A stretch of 62,784 nucleotides of DNA, counting the filler, from an uncultured virus (IMG/VR IMGVR_UViG_2049941000_000092) (Duplodnaviria > Heunggongvirae > Uroviricota > Caudoviricetes). It is 15 parts of one record of this genome, joined end to end, with 100 filler letters (N's around TTAATTAATTAA, not from the genome) between each part and the next. Parts side by side here need not be neighbours in the genome. Positions count along the whole stretch, not along the records: positions 60,524 to 62,227 come from IMGVR_UViG_2049941000_000092; positions 62,328 to 62,784 come from IMGVR_UViG_2049941000_000092; 13 more parts are not named here. One strand, 5' to 3'. How positions within the stretch are numbered: the stretch's first letter is position 1; each line of letters starts with the position of its first letter. Of the stretch, positions 62,196 through 62,784 are shown piece by piece. The translations under genes and the position numbers were made by a program. Under the pieces are notes generated by a model. The model did no database searches. It had not been told where the DNA came from and saw only the letters and a list, made by a program, of their open reading frames with translations.

Positions 62196-62784
62196 GGGTT
62201 GGAGATTACTCTCCAAGGATTTTCTTCNNNNNNNNNNNNNNNNNNNNNNNNNNNNNNNNNNNNNNNNNNNNTTAATTAATTAANNNNNNNNNNNNNNNNN
62301 NNNNNNNNNNNNNNNNNNNNNNNNNNNAATTTTACAGAACTCCAAATCCTATATCCACCAGGTGCGATGCAACTTTTTATTGCACCGATATAAATCTCAG
62401 TAATGTTGTTTGGATTAAGAAGATCATTGAAATCAATTAATTCTTCTTTTGGAGATTCCATTCCAAACATGGGAAGGAGACTGCTTTTACTCATTATAGG
62501 CGTTTTTATTTGTCATTGAACCAAACAGCGTTTGCTATAGCCATCCCTAGTGCAAAAGCACATAATACGAGTGCTATTGCCAGAAGAAGTTGTCTCCATG
62601 TATCGGGACCATCCGCAACAACTGTTATAGTAACATATGAAAGAATTTGATTCATTACTATTTCGGTTTGGGAAGAGTCCATATCGGACGAATGAAATCC
62701 TCAGACTGACCTGGAAGTCTACCACGATTGTCGTTCTTGTGGTGTGTTCCGAATCTTTTCTGAGCATCCTCCTCCAATGTGTGG

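Noticed and set aside
62027..62275. Plus-strand ORFs over the tmRNA and tRNA (62027-62275, 60905-61356)
   Set aside because: Antisense to well-supported RNA genes
13701..62283. Recurrent TTAATTAATTAA palindrome
   Set aside because: Always embedded in N runs; it is a six-frame-stop linker joining contigs, not a biological repeat

Overview
About 63 kb of a heavily gapped, concatenated assembly (14 artificial N-TTAATTAATTAA-N linkers plus many 10-N gaps) of a crAss-like phage (Crassvirales, likely Bacteroidota host). The + strand (1-37.1 kb) carries the virion module: major capsid, ring and IHF-like genes, the tail stabilisation (muzzle) protein, internal cargo proteins, and giant proteins containing the virion RNA polymerase DFDID motif plus SF1 helicase, PD-(D/E)XK nuclease and zincin domains. 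The - strand (37.1-62.8 kb) carries replication, metabolism and early genes: MoxR/VWA, ThyX, dUTPase, FTR subunit, NrdD, primase, SF2 helicase, PolB, RNase H, GroEL and small accessory ORFs. The supplied ORF track is fragmented because the phage reads TGA as Trp; in-frame TGAs fall on conserved Trp positions of RNase H, DUF192, primase and NUMOD3 motifs. An RNA cluster at 60.7-62.2 kb encodes tRNA-Gln(UUG), a complete tmRNA with an unusually long 30-aa tag, and an unidentified structured RNA directly 3' of the tRNA. Family calls come from motif recognition by eye, not database searches. Gene order across linkers and gaps is not reliable.
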